A stretch of DNA of 64,000 nt from Patescibacteria group bacterium. Its GTDB lineage: Bacteria; Patescibacteriota; Minisyncoccia; CAIUEV01; JAHKAQ01. The stretch lies in assembly GCA_034716235.1 (NCBI GenBank), contig JAYEHH010000019.1:16114-80113 (forward strand). The letters run 5' to 3'. Made by a program: the position numbers and the translations under genes. This document shows positions 37,939 through 47,807 of this stretch, piece by piece. Within the stretch, counting starts at the first letter, position 1. Each line of letters opens with the position of its first letter. Below the pieces are notes generated by a model. The model was not told where the DNA came from and did not search any database. It saw only the letters and a list, made by a program, of their open reading frames with translations.

Positions 37939-39380
37939 TTATTGTTTTTAATAAACTTGCTACTAGAAATAATAATGATTAAAAATATAGCTAAGATTGC
38001 ATTGCCCTGACTAAGCGTGTAAAGATAATGATCGACAATCCCAGATATTAATAGCAAGAGAAAGCCAGTTAGTATTATTTTATTATGAAAACTTGGTCCG
38101 GATATTTTTTTATTTAAAAATAGGAAATTTATTAGGAAAAACAAAAGGAAGGATGTTAAAATAATCCCCAATTCACTCATGGTTATTAAGCACATATTAT
38201 GCACAGGTTGAAGCTCCCAAGGGCTTAAATTAAAGGAATTGTGCGATTCAGTAAAAAGAATAAAAGTGCCTGCCCCAGCGCCTAGTAAGGGATTCTGTGT
38301 AATTATTTGCTGGGAAGATGCTAAATAGATTTCTCTTAAAGTGGTATCTTCCTTTTTAAAGGATCCTTTCTCATTCCACCTGTTTTTAACTAATGGTAAA
38401 AAAATTAACAATAAAACGAACAGACTTCCTAAAGAAATTATTACTACTCTGTTTAAATATTGTTTTCTACAAAAAAATATTCCAACAAGAAAAAGCAATA
38501 AAAGAAAGATAGAAATTCTAGAGAAAGTAAAAAAAAGTGCTACAGAGTTTATTAAAATAATTAAAGAAAGTAGCTTGATTTTATTCTTAGATACAAATTT
38601 AAATAATGCTTTAATTGGTTTTTTAATATGCAATATCAAATTGTTCCACGTGGAACAATTTGATATTGAACCATGTTTAGGAATGTTCCACGTGGAACAT
38701 TCGGTCGCTATTCCCTTTAAATAAGCCAAATAAAAAAAAGAAAATGAAATACTTGCCAGTAAAAACCCTCCCAGAATATTTGGATGAGGCTCTGTCCCGT
38801 AGGCTCTAATCATCTTTCCCAAAGAAGAATCAATCTTGGCAACGCCTAAAATATCTGAAGCCAGTAGGCTTTCTCCCAATAATTCTAACCCTAAAGATCT
38901 TTGAATAATAAATTGACCGATAGCAATCAATGCCTGTAAAAAGGATGCGATAATAATTAATTGAATGGTGGTGAATAATCTTTTTGAATTTGAGATAAAA
39001 GATACCCCAAAAAATACAAGCAATGACCAAATTAAAAGATGAAATAATTTATGGATTGAAAGCAATACATTTATTGAGTTGAATACATTTAGCAATGCAA
39101 GAACTGCAATTGCTAGAAAGATTAGTAAATATCTATAGCTTGACAATTTCTTAATAAGATTGCTTAATATAAACTTACCATTGATTAAGAATAGTAATAT
39201 AATGAGTATCTCAGGAAAAGAAATATAAAGACTATTGTATTCAATAAAATGATTCTCAATAAAGGAAAAAGAATTAGAAAAAAAGAATCTTTTTTGAAAA
39301 GGGATTAAAAATATTATGGAATAAAAAAGGAAAGCTGTTAGCTGTTTTCTTACTTGGATAATATTTAATCTTTGTAGCAT
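37902..39380 (-). CDS. O-antigen-ligase-like (Wzy_C) polytopic membrane protein carrying an in-frame palindromic-repeat insertion
   Basis: 'FTESHNSFNLSPWELQPVHNMCLITMSELGIILTSFLLF' Wzy_C-like motif. Residues 'IATECSTWNIPKHGSISNCSTWNNLIL' are encoded by the repeat at 38633-38701. Confidence 0.5.
   Translation of the reverse strand: MLQRLNIIQVRKQLTAFLFYSIIFLIPFQKRFFFSNSFSFIENHFIEYNSLYISFPEILIILLFLINGKFILSNLIKKLSSYRYLLIFLAIAVLALLNVFNSINVLLSIHKLFHLLIWSLLVFFGVSFISNSKRLFTTIQLIIIASFLQALIAIGQFIIQRSLGLELLGESLLASDILGVAKIDSSLGKMIRAYGTEPHPNILGGFLLASISFSFFYLAYLKGIATECSTWNIPKHGSISNCSTWNNLILHIKKPIKALFKFVSKNKIKLLSLIILINSVALFFTFSRISIFLLLLFLVGIFFCRKQYLNRVVIISLGSLFVLLLIFLPLVKNRWNEKGSFKKEDTTLREIYLASSQQIITQNPLLGAGAGTFILFTESHNSFNLSPWELQPVHNMCLITMSELGIILTSFLLFFLINFLFLNKKISGPSFHNKIILTGFLLLLISGIVDHYLYTLSQGNAILAIFLIIIISSSKFIKNNNDQIVPRGTIEK
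38633..38701. repeat. Composite palindromic element (34-bp perfect palindrome + 14-bp spacer + 22-bp perfect palindrome) lying inside a CDS
   Basis: ATATCAAATTGTTCCACGTGGAACAATTTGATAT ... GAATGTTCCACGTGGAACATTC; near-identical to 37626-37697. Confidence 0.85.
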
Positions 39381-39509
39381 TTTGAAATATTATTTTAATA
39401 GGTAACATTAACAGAAATATTTTTTTTGTCACTTTTTTAGATAGAATATTTCATAGGAGTTGTTTATTGCCTCATTAATACTAGGAAATTGACATACTGA
39501 CAAAAGGCT

Positions 39510-39545
39510 GTTTGATTTTTTGCTATAAGAATGGTATAATATAAA
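39510..39545 (+). promoter_or_regulatory. Candidate sigma70-type promoter (TTGATT-N17-TATAAT) with no downstream CDS
   Basis: tttgattttttgctataagaatggtataat. Confidence 0.3.
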
Positions 39546-39954
39546 AGTTGAGTAAAGAACCTTAACAAATGAATTGTTAGCTTCAAATTTAGCAGAAGTT
39601 TTCTGGCTGTAATGTTTTGGTTTGTGAATAAATTATAGTTAGTAATCTTCTGCTGAATAAATCCTAATTATTGTTTTGTTTTTTAAAATAAAAATAAAAA
39701 TAAAAATTATTATAAACAAAAATAAAAAATTGAAAATCTTAAACGCTGTCTAAAAAAAACGAAACAATAAAAAATTATTTGGTAGAAGAAAAGGAGCTTA
39801 ACAGTTCCACATCTCGTCACAAAGAATATCCAGACGAAACAATAAAAAATAAAAAAGTTTCGTTTAGCGTTTTATCACCCTTTCGCTTATGGATTGGTTC
39901 TTTTTACCCTTTATGACGAGCTCGAGCGGGTGACAGTTCTCCAAAAGTAATATA

Positions 39955-39982
39955 ATAGGGGAATCTGTCCCCGCTTTTTAAT
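39955..39982 (+). terminator. Putative rho-independent terminator (GGGGA-atctg-TCCCC + T-run)
   Basis: ggggaatctgtccccgcttttta, with no plus-strand ORF upstream. Confidence 0.35.
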
Positions 39983-40095
39983 TTTTGATCAACTGATTTG
40001 TCATTTTAGAATATTCTTGATAAAATTTAAACTACTAAAGTGAAATTATTAATTTACTATTTAAGTTTAAAATATTAAGTAATAAAAAATAAATT

Positions 40096-40473
40096 ATGTT
40101 AAGCCAAGAAGATATTAAAGAATTTGAAGAGCAATTATTAAAACAAAAAATGGACTTTGAGGAACAGTTAAATAAAATAGCCAAAAAAGACAAAAAGATA
40201 AAAGATAATTATAGAACATCCTTCCCAAATTACGGGAGAGAGGATCAGGACAACGCCGAAGAGGTAGAAGTCTATGACAGTACTCTTTCTCTGGAAGGCC
40301 AATTAGAATTAGAGCTCAGAAAGGTTAACATTGCTCTAGATAAAATAGAACAGGATAAGGGATATGGTTTGTGTGAGAATTGTGGGAAAGAAATTGGGAT
40401 AAAAAGATTAAAGGCGTATCCCTGGGCCGGTAAGTGCATAACCTGTGCCAAGCAAAAAAATCATTCCACCTAA
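40096..40473 (+). CDS. DksA/TraR-family C4 zinc-finger protein
   Basis: Coiled-coil N-terminus plus 'CENCGKEI...CITCAK' C4 finger. Confidence 0.7.
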   Translation: MLSQEDIKEFEEQLLKQKMDFEEQLNKIAKKDKKIKDNYRTSFPNYGREDQDNAEEVEVYDSTLSLEGQLELELRKVNIALDKIEQDKGYGLCENCGKEIGIKRLKAYPWAGKCITCAKQKNHST

Positions 40474-40591
40474 GGTGTATTTAAAAACTAGAGAAGAAAA
40501 CAATTTTCAAGTTTATTAAAACCTCTTGCTGGAGGTTTTAATTTTAGTAACTAAACTTTATTTAAATAAAAATAGGTTAAATTTGTAGAAG

Positions 40592-41041
40592 ATGAAAACA
40601 AGAGAAAATACAAAGAGTAAAATTAAGTTATTCTACTGGCTTTTTGTGCCTCTTGTTTTGGATCAGTTGCTAAAAACTATTCTAGTAAAACAAGATTTTT
40701 TTTCATTAAAATTTCAGATAGACTATTCTTGGCTTGTTTATGTTTGCAATAAGGGGATTGCTTTTGGAATTGAGTTTAATAAGTTTTTAATTATTTTTAT
40801 AAACTTTTTTATAATCACCTTGCTATTATATGGCACAGAGAGAGTGGGGATTAGAAAAGGAAGTAAAATAGCCAGCTATTTGATAATTGGAGCAGCCATT
40901 TCTAATCTTCTGGATCGTTTAATTTATGGATGTGTGGTGGATTATATTGATTTTCAAATTTGGCCAGTTTTTAACTTGGCTGATCTTACGATAACTCTTT
41001 CGGTTTTTTACTTGTTGTTTCATTTTAAAAAAAGAAAATAA
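40592..41041 (+). CDS. lspA: Lipoprotein signal peptidase (signal peptidase II)
   Basis: Four TM helices and 'FNLADLTITLSVFY' (NxxDxxI catalytic region). Confidence 0.8.
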   Translation: MKTRENTKSKIKLFYWLFVPLVLDQLLKTILVKQDFFSLKFQIDYSWLVYVCNKGIAFGIEFNKFLIIFINFFIITLLLYGTERVGIRKGSKIASYLIIGAAISNLLDRLIYGCVVDYIDFQIWPVFNLADLTITLSVFYLLFHFKKRK

Positions 41042-41187
41042 CAAGCTCTCTAAAAAGCAACTCAAATTATTGATACGGACTGGTAATCTAGGATGAAATG
41101 GTGCAAAAGAGAATCTAAAAATAATTTTAGTTAAGATAGCTCTGACCAAAAAATAATTTAAATCAGTCCTAGTTTAAGAATAAAACT

Positions 41188-42723
41188 ATGTTTTCTCAGG
41201 TAAAATCTTTTGTCTTGGATGGTCTTGACTGCAAAGAAGTAGAAATAGAGACAGATAGGTCGGGGGGATTACACAACTTTACCTTAGTAGGCCTCCCAGA
41301 TACAGCCATTAGAGAATCTAGAGACAGGGTAGGGGCAGCAATAAAAAATAGTGGCTTTAAGCCCCCTTATCATTTTGGAAGGATTACTGTTTCTTTGGCT
41401 CCTTCTTATTTAAAGAAAACAGGGTGTGGTTTAGATCTTGCGATTGCAATTTCTATTTTAGAAGCCACTAACCAAATTTCTCCCTTGAAAGAAAAGGTTG
41501 CGTATTTAGGAGAGCTATCATTGGATGGCGAGCTAAGAGAAACACAGGGAATTTTGTCAATTGTTATAGCCTCTCGACAGGCTGGGTATAAAAAATTTTT
41601 TATACCAACCGCAAATGCTAAGGAGGCGAATTTAATAGATGGCATAGAAATTATTCCATTAAGGTCCTTGGGAGAGTATATTTCTTACTTAAAAGGAGAG
41701 CTTAACTTAAAAACCAATGCTTTTAAATTGGATTTGCCCACTCTTCAAAAAGAAAAAGAATCTTTTGAGATAGATATCGCTGATATAAAAGGTCAAGAAA
41801 AAGCCAAAAGAGCATTATTAATTATAGCTGCTGGAGGCCATAATCTACTTTTTTCTGGTTCTCCCGGAACTGGCAAAACATTTTTAGCGAGAGCGCTTCC
41901 CTCAATATTGCCCAGCCCATCACTAGAAGAACAACTAGAGGCGACTAAAATATATTCCGTTGCTGGATTGCTTCCCATGGATATTCCCTTAATTATGACA
42001 AGACCATTTAGATCTCCTCATCATACCGCATCAGATGTTGCTTTAGTTGGTGGAGGGTCAAAAATAAATCCTGGAGAAATTACTCTAGCTCACAGAGGAG
42101 TACTTTTTCTAGATGAAATTCTTGAATTTTCAAAAAAGACATTAGATAGCTTAAGGCAGCCACTGGAAGATGGAACAATTAATATTTCTAGAGCTTCCGG
42201 TTCAGTTACTTTTCCAGCTAAGTTTATTTTAGTAGGGGCAATGAATCCTTGCCCCTGTGGCTACTTAAATGATCCAGATAGAGCATGCACCTGTACCCCG
42301 TCTGCCATTAATAGATACAGACAGCGATTGTCCGGACCAATAATTGATAGAATTGATCTTTTTGTTGAAATTAGGAGGGTAAAATACAAAAAAATAAAAG
42401 AAGGTTTAGTCGGCCAAACATCTAAAGAGGCTAGAGGATTAGTAGAAGTTGCCAGAAAAATTCAACTTAAAAGATTTAAAGGAAAAAATATTTTAACCAA
42501 TTCAGAAATGAGCTCTAAGGATGTTGAGAAATATTGTTCTTTAGATTCTCAAGGCGAGTCTTTTATTAAGAAAGCCACAGAAACTTATTGTTTTTCTACG
42601 AGATCCTATTATCGCATATTAAAAATCGCTAGAACCATAGCGGATCTAGCGATTAAAGATAAAATTCAGAGCGAGCACATTGCTGAAGCTCTACAGTATC
42701 AATTAAAAGAAGTAGGAAGTTAA
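41188..42723 (+). CDS. comM: YifB/ComM Mg-chelatase-like AAA+ ATPase
   Basis: N-terminal Lon-protease-like domain 'GLDCKEVEIETDRSGGLHNFTLVGL', Walker A 'GSPGTGKT', and a C-terminal Mg_chelatase_C helix. Confidence 0.8.
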   Translation: MFSQVKSFVLDGLDCKEVEIETDRSGGLHNFTLVGLPDTAIRESRDRVGAAIKNSGFKPPYHFGRITVSLAPSYLKKTGCGLDLAIAISILEATNQISPLKEKVAYLGELSLDGELRETQGILSIVIASRQAGYKKFFIPTANAKEANLIDGIEIIPLRSLGEYISYLKGELNLKTNAFKLDLPTLQKEKESFEIDIADIKGQEKAKRALLIIAAGGHNLLFSGSPGTGKTFLARALPSILPSPSLEEQLEATKIYSVAGLLPMDIPLIMTRPFRSPHHTASDVALVGGGSKINPGEITLAHRGVLFLDEILEFSKKTLDSLRQPLEDGTINISRASGSVTFPAKFILVGAMNPCPCGYLNDPDRACTCTPSAINRYRQRLSGPIIDRIDLFVEIRRVKYKKIKEGLVGQTSKEARGLVEVARKIQLKRFKGKNILTNSEMSSKDVEKYCSLDSQGESFIKKATETYCFSTRSYYRILKIARTIADLAIKDKIQSEHIAEALQYQLKEVGS

Positions 42724-43916
42724 TAAATGTAACCCTTAATTACAGAACTGCTAGCGCTGAGAGTTCTTTGGCTTACTTTACCCCAACCTCTGTAATTCAT
42801 TTCTGAAACTGTTATTTTGCCACCTTTTACTTTCTCTACAACAGCTACGTGACCATAACGACTTTCTCTGGTTACAACAATTGATCCAACTTTAGGAGAT
42901 TTTCCGGTTTTTGCTCCATAGGCTTTAGCATGATAAAGCCATGTTCCCGCATTTCCTCCCCAAGGAACATGTTTTCTTGAGGCAACGTACCAAGTACACC
43001 AACCATAAGGAAAGCGATGAGCTGGATATTTATATCTTTTTTTTGATAGGGTTTCGCTAGCTTGGGTAGAAACAGTGTTTTGAGCTGTCCCTGTGGTACT
43101 AGCATATGTAGTAGCTTGACTATCCGTGTAACGAGGCTTACTTTCTTGCTTTCCATCAGGGATAACAATTTCGTCTCCAATGTTTAAATCTCCATCGGCG
43201 GGAACATCATTAAAGGTTATGATTTTTTTCTCGCTTGTTTTGTATAATTTAGCCAGAGATTTTACCGTATCATGTTTTTTTACTTTGTGCTTTATTCCTG
43301 TTATTGGAAGGATAAAGATCTCATCTCCTGGTTTTATAATAGAGCTTTCTGTTAAATCATTTGCCCAAAGAATAGTATTAACGGTAATGGAATATTTTTG
43401 GGCAATAGAGCCGGCAGTATCTCCATCTTGAACTTTATAGACAAAAACATCTTGACCGGAAACATTAAACTCGTCAGGAGTTGGGTTAGTTACTGGTGCT
43501 AAAGCACTAACCACCGTATTTTTTTCACCTTCTTCTTTAAGATATTGTTCATATTCTGCTAGTTCGTAAGCATCAGCAATAGGAGCCAAAGCTAAAGAGT
43601 TGGATTTCTCTATTTTATTATATATGGGAGTTAAGGTGTTATCTTCTGCAAGAAATGAATTATTACCTAAAACATTTCTATTCTGTGATTTTATATTTAC
43701 GAAAGAAACAAAAATAGCACAGGCTAGAATTCCTGCTCGAGCGGCATTTTTTTTAATAAAGCCAACCAAAATAGAAAATCTCCCTTTTCTTAAAAAAGTT
43801 ACTAATTTCCGCTGATAACGATTTAGACGACCACAAAGCTCTTTACCTTTAGCTATCAGAGGAGAATATTTAGAAGGAAAGTGTTTAGTCTTCTGCTCCC
43901 TCTTTAAACGATTCAA
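42720..43916 (-). CDS. LysM-LysM-CHAP peptidoglycan hydrolase
   Basis: Two LysM repeats ('YKVQDGDTAGSIAQKY', 'HKVKKHDTVKSLAKLY') and a C-terminal CHAP domain 'GWCTWYVA...GHVAVVEKV'. Confidence 0.75.
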   Translation of the reverse strand: MNRLKREQKTKHFPSKYSPLIAKGKELCGRLNRYQRKLVTFLRKGRFSILVGFIKKNAARAGILACAIFVSFVNIKSQNRNVLGNNSFLAEDNTLTPIYNKIEKSNSLALAPIADAYELAEYEQYLKEEGEKNTVVSALAPVTNPTPDEFNVSGQDVFVYKVQDGDTAGSIAQKYSITVNTILWANDLTESSIIKPGDEIFILPITGIKHKVKKHDTVKSLAKLYKTSEKKIITFNDVPADGDLNIGDEIVIPDGKQESKPRYTDSQATTYASTTGTAQNTVSTQASETLSKKRYKYPAHRFPYGWCTWYVASRKHVPWGGNAGTWLYHAKAYGAKTGKSPKVGSIVVTRESRYGHVAVVEKVKGGKITVSEMNYRGWGKVSQRTLSASSSVIKGYIY

Positions 43917-44254
43917 GTCATTCTTTTTAAAGAGGTTTTTAGCAAATTTACTAATAGAGATAAAACTCCATTTCGGAAAAAATTTTATGACTTTTTGCTT
44001 TATTCCAAAGCTTGTCCAGTCCCTGATTGAAAGCCAATCAAAGTTTTTCCTAAAATAATTTAATTCGACACTTAAAAGCTATTTAAATGCTTTATTTGAC
44101 TTCAGTGGATATCCTAGTGGTTTGTTATATAAAGTCAATAGCAGTCTTTCTACCCATCTTGGAATAGTAGAATGGATAAATGTTAGCATAACTTTATTTT
44201 ATAAACATTCGTAAACTGGAATTAAAGAACTTTATAAAATTGTAAATAATAAAG

Positions 44255-44339
44255 TGCCCGGAGCGAGACTCGAACTCGCATGGGAGAATATCCCAAGGGA
44301 TTTTAAGTCCCTCGTGTCTACCAATTCCACCATCCGGGC
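44255..44339 (-). tRNA. tRNA-Leu (anticodon TAA), class II with long variable arm, no encoded CCA
   Basis: Reverse complement GCCCGGATGGTGGAATTGGTAGACACGAGGGACTTAAAATCCCTTGGGATATTCTCCCATGCGAGTTCGAGTCTCGCTCCGGGCA. Confidence 0.8.
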
Positions 44340-44379
44340 AATAAAAATACTAAAATAAAATATCTTGAGAATGCTTATG

Positions 44380-44450
44380 AGGCCAGGAGGGGATTTGAAC
44401 CCCTGTAGAAGGTTTTGCAGACCTTTTCCTAACCACTCGGACACCTGGCC
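44380..44450 (-). tRNA. tRNA-Cys (anticodon GCA), discriminator U, no encoded CCA
   Basis: Reverse complement GGCCAGGTGTCCGAGTGGTTAGGAAAAGGTCTGCAAAACCTTCTACAGGGGTTCAAATCCCCTCCTGGCCT. Confidence 0.8.
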
Positions 44451-44486
44451 TTTTCTATTGAATGCCTTTAAGCAATTTTGTGAAGT

Positions 44487-45272
44487 CTATTTCCAACTTT
44501 CAATATCTATAATGAGTGGTTTAATCTTTAATGATACTTGCTGATCAATAATTAATTGTTTAATCTGCTTAGCTTTATCATTGACTAGATTAATATTTTC
44601 TTGAAACTCTTCATAAAGATTTTCAATTTGTTGATTATAATCAACGGAAGTATCATTTTCCGATTCTTCAGAATTCTCAGTTTCATTCTGATATTCAGAT
44701 AATAGGCTTTGATGAAAATTTTGCAACTCAACTGGAGGGGTGATGGATAATAATTTTTCTCCAACATCTTCTAAAATATTTTGATTTTTTACATCGTCTT
44801 CGATTTCTTGAAATTGATTTATTATTTGATTCAGATCATCAAAATACTCAAGACACTCTAAATACTTTGAATAAGTAGATTCAACGTCCCGATAAAACAT
44901 TAGCGTTTCTTCTTTAATAACCTTAGTTGTTTTAATGGTGGAAAATTGGTTGACCGTATCAAGTTCTTTAATTTGAATCTTTGAGTTTTTTAAAACATTT
45001 TGAATAATTTTAATTTGTTGTTGAGTACCCTCTAGAATTTTAGGGTTACTGGCATCAATAATATCAATCTCTTCTTTAATACTGCTAGCTTCGTTTAAGT
45101 CTTCAACTGTCTGACTAAATCCCTGAGCAGTCTCTTTAATAAAATTCTTTTGTTGTTGCTCTTGATAATTCAAATAAATAAAAAAGGTAATAAGAAAAAT
45201 ACTTACAAGCAATGCAAGAGAAAGCAGAAAAAGATGTTTTTTTAAAATTCCTTTTTTTGGGTTAGATTGCAT
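44487..45272 (-). CDS. Membrane-anchored coiled-coil hypothetical protein
   Basis: Single N-terminal TM followed by a heptad-rich, acidic sequence. Confidence 0.3.
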   Translation of the reverse strand: MQSNPKKGILKKHLFLLSLALLVSIFLITFFIYLNYQEQQQKNFIKETAQGFSQTVEDLNEASSIKEEIDIIDASNPKILEGTQQQIKIIQNVLKNSKIQIKELDTVNQFSTIKTTKVIKEETLMFYRDVESTYSKYLECLEYFDDLNQIINQFQEIEDDVKNQNILEDVGEKLLSITPPVELQNFHQSLLSEYQNETENSEESENDTSVDYNQQIENLYEEFQENINLVNDKAKQIKQLIIDQQVSLKIKPLIIDIESWK

Positions 45273-45426
45273 TGGTTTATTTTATTGCGATTCTATGTTA
45301 ATAATAAATTAGGAATAATACAGCCTATTTAAATAAAAGGATATATTAACTTGTGGAAACAGGCAACAGCTTGAGAGGAATCAAAATAATAAATATAATT
45401 ATAATCAATAAATAACTGGGGCATCA

Positions 45427-45711
45427 ATGATAAATTTAAAAGAAGTTAAAAACATTGCTGAATTGAGCTACATCAATTTTGATGAAGAGGAAATCAAACA
45501 ATATACGCAAGAGCTTTCAAAAATAATGGATTTTTTTACAGTTCTGAAAAAAATAGATACCCAAGATGTTGAACCACTTTTAGGATCTTCTGAGCTTGAA
45601 GATGTAACCTTTGAAGATCGTCCCAAAGCTTGTTTTAATAGTGATAGTATTATTGAAAGAGTTCCCGAGAAACAGGATCGCTATATAAAAACTAGAGCCG
45701 TTTTTAATTAA
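45427..45711 (+). CDS. gatC: Asp/Glu-tRNA amidotransferase subunit C
   Basis: 94 aa starting 'MINLKEVKNIAELSYINFDEEEIKQYTQELSKIMDF', immediately upstream of gatA. Confidence 0.75.
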   Translation: MINLKEVKNIAELSYINFDEEEIKQYTQELSKIMDFFTVLKKIDTQDVEPLLGSSELEDVTFEDRPKACFNSDSIIERVPEKQDRYIKTRAVFN

Positions 45712-45739
45712 TTTTTATATTTTAGAAAATAATAAAATA

Positions 45740-47218
45740 ATGACGATAGTAGAAGTAAAAAAGAAACTTGTAAATGGAGAAATAAGCTGTGAAAAGTTAG
45801 TTGAAGATTATTTAAATAGGATTAAGGAAGTTGATGGTGGCGAAAAAGGGATTAATGCGGTGATTACTCTTAATGAAAAAGATGCTAGGGAAAAAGCCGT
45901 TGTAGTTGATAAAAAAATTAAAAAAGGAGATACGCTAGGATTATTAGAGGGTGTTCCCATAGCTATTAAGGATATAATTTGTACCAACAATTTAAAAACC
46001 ACAGCTGCTTCAAAAATTTTGGATAATTTTGTTCCTACTTATGATGCTACCGCAGTTAAGAATTTGAAAAAAGCTGGAGCAATTATTATTGCTAAAACTA
46101 ATTGTGATGAATTTGCCCATGGAGCTAGTGGTGAAAATTCAGCTTACGGAGTAACTAGAAACCCTTATGATTTAGATAAAGTTCCTGGTGGAAGCTCTTC
46201 TGGGTCGGGAGCGATTGTTGCTTACGGAGGAGCTACAGCTGCTCTAGGTACTGACACTGGAGGCTCTACCAGACTTCCAGCTAGTTTTCTGGGCCTAGTT
46301 GGGTTGAAACCTACTTATGGAAGAGTTTCTCGGCGAGGACTTATTGCTATGTGTTCCTCTATTGATAGTATTGCTCCTATTACTGAGAATGTTAGTGATG
46401 CTGCCATTCTACTTTCCATTATTAGCAACAAAGATCCGCAAGATTCTACTTCTTCTGGTTTTGCTGGAAAAGATTTCACCCGTGATTTTAATAAAGGCAT
46501 TAAAGGGTTAAAAATTGCATATCCGAAAGAGGCTTTATTAGAGGGGCTTGACGAGAAAGTTAAAAAAGTGTTTTTTGAGAATCTGGAGATGTTAAAAGCA
46601 GAAGGTGCCAAGATTTCTCCAATTTCTTTGCCACTTTTTGGTGAACCGGCAGTGGCAGTTTACTATATTATTGTTCCAAGTGAGATTAGTTCTAATTTAG
46701 CTAGATTTGATGGCGTTGGTTACGGTATGCGAGAAAACTTAGCGAAAGACTTGAAGGATTTTTATAGTAAAACCAGAACAAAATATTTAGGGAAAGAAGT
46801 AAAGCGTCGTATAATGTTAGGAAATTTTTCTCTAAGTGCTGGATATTTTGATGCTTATTACAATAAAGCTCAAAAAGTTAGACGGTTGATAAAAGAAGAA
46901 GCTCAAAAAGCCTTTGAAAAGTATGATTTAATTGTTACTCCAACTACCACTACTCCTCCCTTTAAGATTGGAGAAAAAGCTGATCCTCTGGCTATGTATT
47001 TAGTGGATATTTATTCTGCCTATGCGAATTTGGCAGGCATTTGCGCAATTTCAGTAAATGGTGGTTGGGTTGACAATAATTCAAAGGCCGAGTCTATTTT
47101 CCCAGGCAAGAAGAAACTTCCAATTGGTTTTCAATTTATGGCAAAACAATGGGATGAAGAAACATTACTTAGGGTAGCTCATCATTTTGAAAAACTGGTT
47201 TCCAAAAATAATAAATAA
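45740..47218 (+). CDS. gatA: Asp/Glu-tRNA amidotransferase subunit A (amidase)
   Basis: Amidase signature 'GGSSSGSGAIVAYGGATAALGTDTGGSTRLPASF'. Confidence 0.85.
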   Translation: MTIVEVKKKLVNGEISCEKLVEDYLNRIKEVDGGEKGINAVITLNEKDAREKAVVVDKKIKKGDTLGLLEGVPIAIKDIICTNNLKTTAASKILDNFVPTYDATAVKNLKKAGAIIIAKTNCDEFAHGASGENSAYGVTRNPYDLDKVPGGSSSGSGAIVAYGGATAALGTDTGGSTRLPASFLGLVGLKPTYGRVSRRGLIAMCSSIDSIAPITENVSDAAILLSIISNKDPQDSTSSGFAGKDFTRDFNKGIKGLKIAYPKEALLEGLDEKVKKVFFENLEMLKAEGAKISPISLPLFGEPAVAVYYIIVPSEISSNLARFDGVGYGMRENLAKDLKDFYSKTRTKYLGKEVKRRIMLGNFSLSAGYFDAYYNKAQKVRRLIKEEAQKAFEKYDLIVTPTTTTPPFKIGEKADPLAMYLVDIYSAYANLAGICAISVNGGWVDNNSKAESIFPGKKKLPIGFQFMAKQWDEETLLRVAHHFEKLVSKNNK

Positions 47219-47273
47219 ATTAGTAATTAATACCAAAAAAGGGTAAAATAAAAAAACCGTTAATTTTTTAGAG

Positions 47274-47807
47274 ATGACTTTTGCAAATTTGTTTAATTTT
47301 TTTTCTGAACTTTCTTTGAATTTTAGACACTCTTACCAAGGTAAGGTAATTGTCTGGATTCTTCTTATCTATTGTATAATAATGGCAATATGTATTCTAA
47401 AACTTTTTTTAAAGCATTCATCTATGCTAGATTATACGACTCACGGATGTAAAAAGGATAAAAGAATAGAAAAAGAAAAAGAAAAAACGGCCAAACTTCC
47501 TATCGGTACTTGGGAAAAAATAAATACTAAATTGAATTCAGTAAATCCTAATGATTGGAAAATAGCAGTTATTGAGGCAGATAAGACTTTAGACGAATCT
47601 CTTAAAACCGCTGGTATTGCTGGTGGTACAGAAGGAGAAAGATTAAAAAATATTGTTGGAGCAGATATAGGAGATAATTTGAATAATGTTTGGAATGCTC
47701 ATAAGATTAGAAATAGTATTGTTCACGACTCAGCCTTTGAATTGGCCAATGATGTTGCCAGAAAGACAGTGCGGATTTTAGAAGATGCCAGCAAGGCCGT
47801 TCAGTAA
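47274..47807 (+). CDS. Membrane-anchored hypothetical protein with a C-terminal R-x4-H (HEPN/DUF4145-like) motif
   Basis: N-terminal TM; 'NVWNAHKIRNSIVHDS' fits R-x(4-6)-H. Confidence 0.25.
   Translation: MTFANLFNFFSELSLNFRHSYQGKVIVWILLIYCIIMAICILKLFLKHSSMLDYTTHGCKKDKRIEKEKEKTAKLPIGTWEKINTKLNSVNPNDWKIAVIEADKTLDESLKTAGIAGGTEGERLKNIVGADIGDNLNNVWNAHKIRNSIVHDSAFELANDVARKTVRILEDASKAVQ

Noticed and set aside
37626-38701. Possibility that the palindromic repeat cluster is a CRISPR array
   Set aside because: The repeats are perfect palindromes of two alternating types with irregular spacing. There are no uniform spacers and no cas genes, and one copy is in-frame inside a CDS. This is not CRISPR-like.
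44232-44444. 70-aa minus-strand ORF
   Set aside because: It spans the tRNA-Leu and tRNA-Cys genes. The reading frame is fortuitous.
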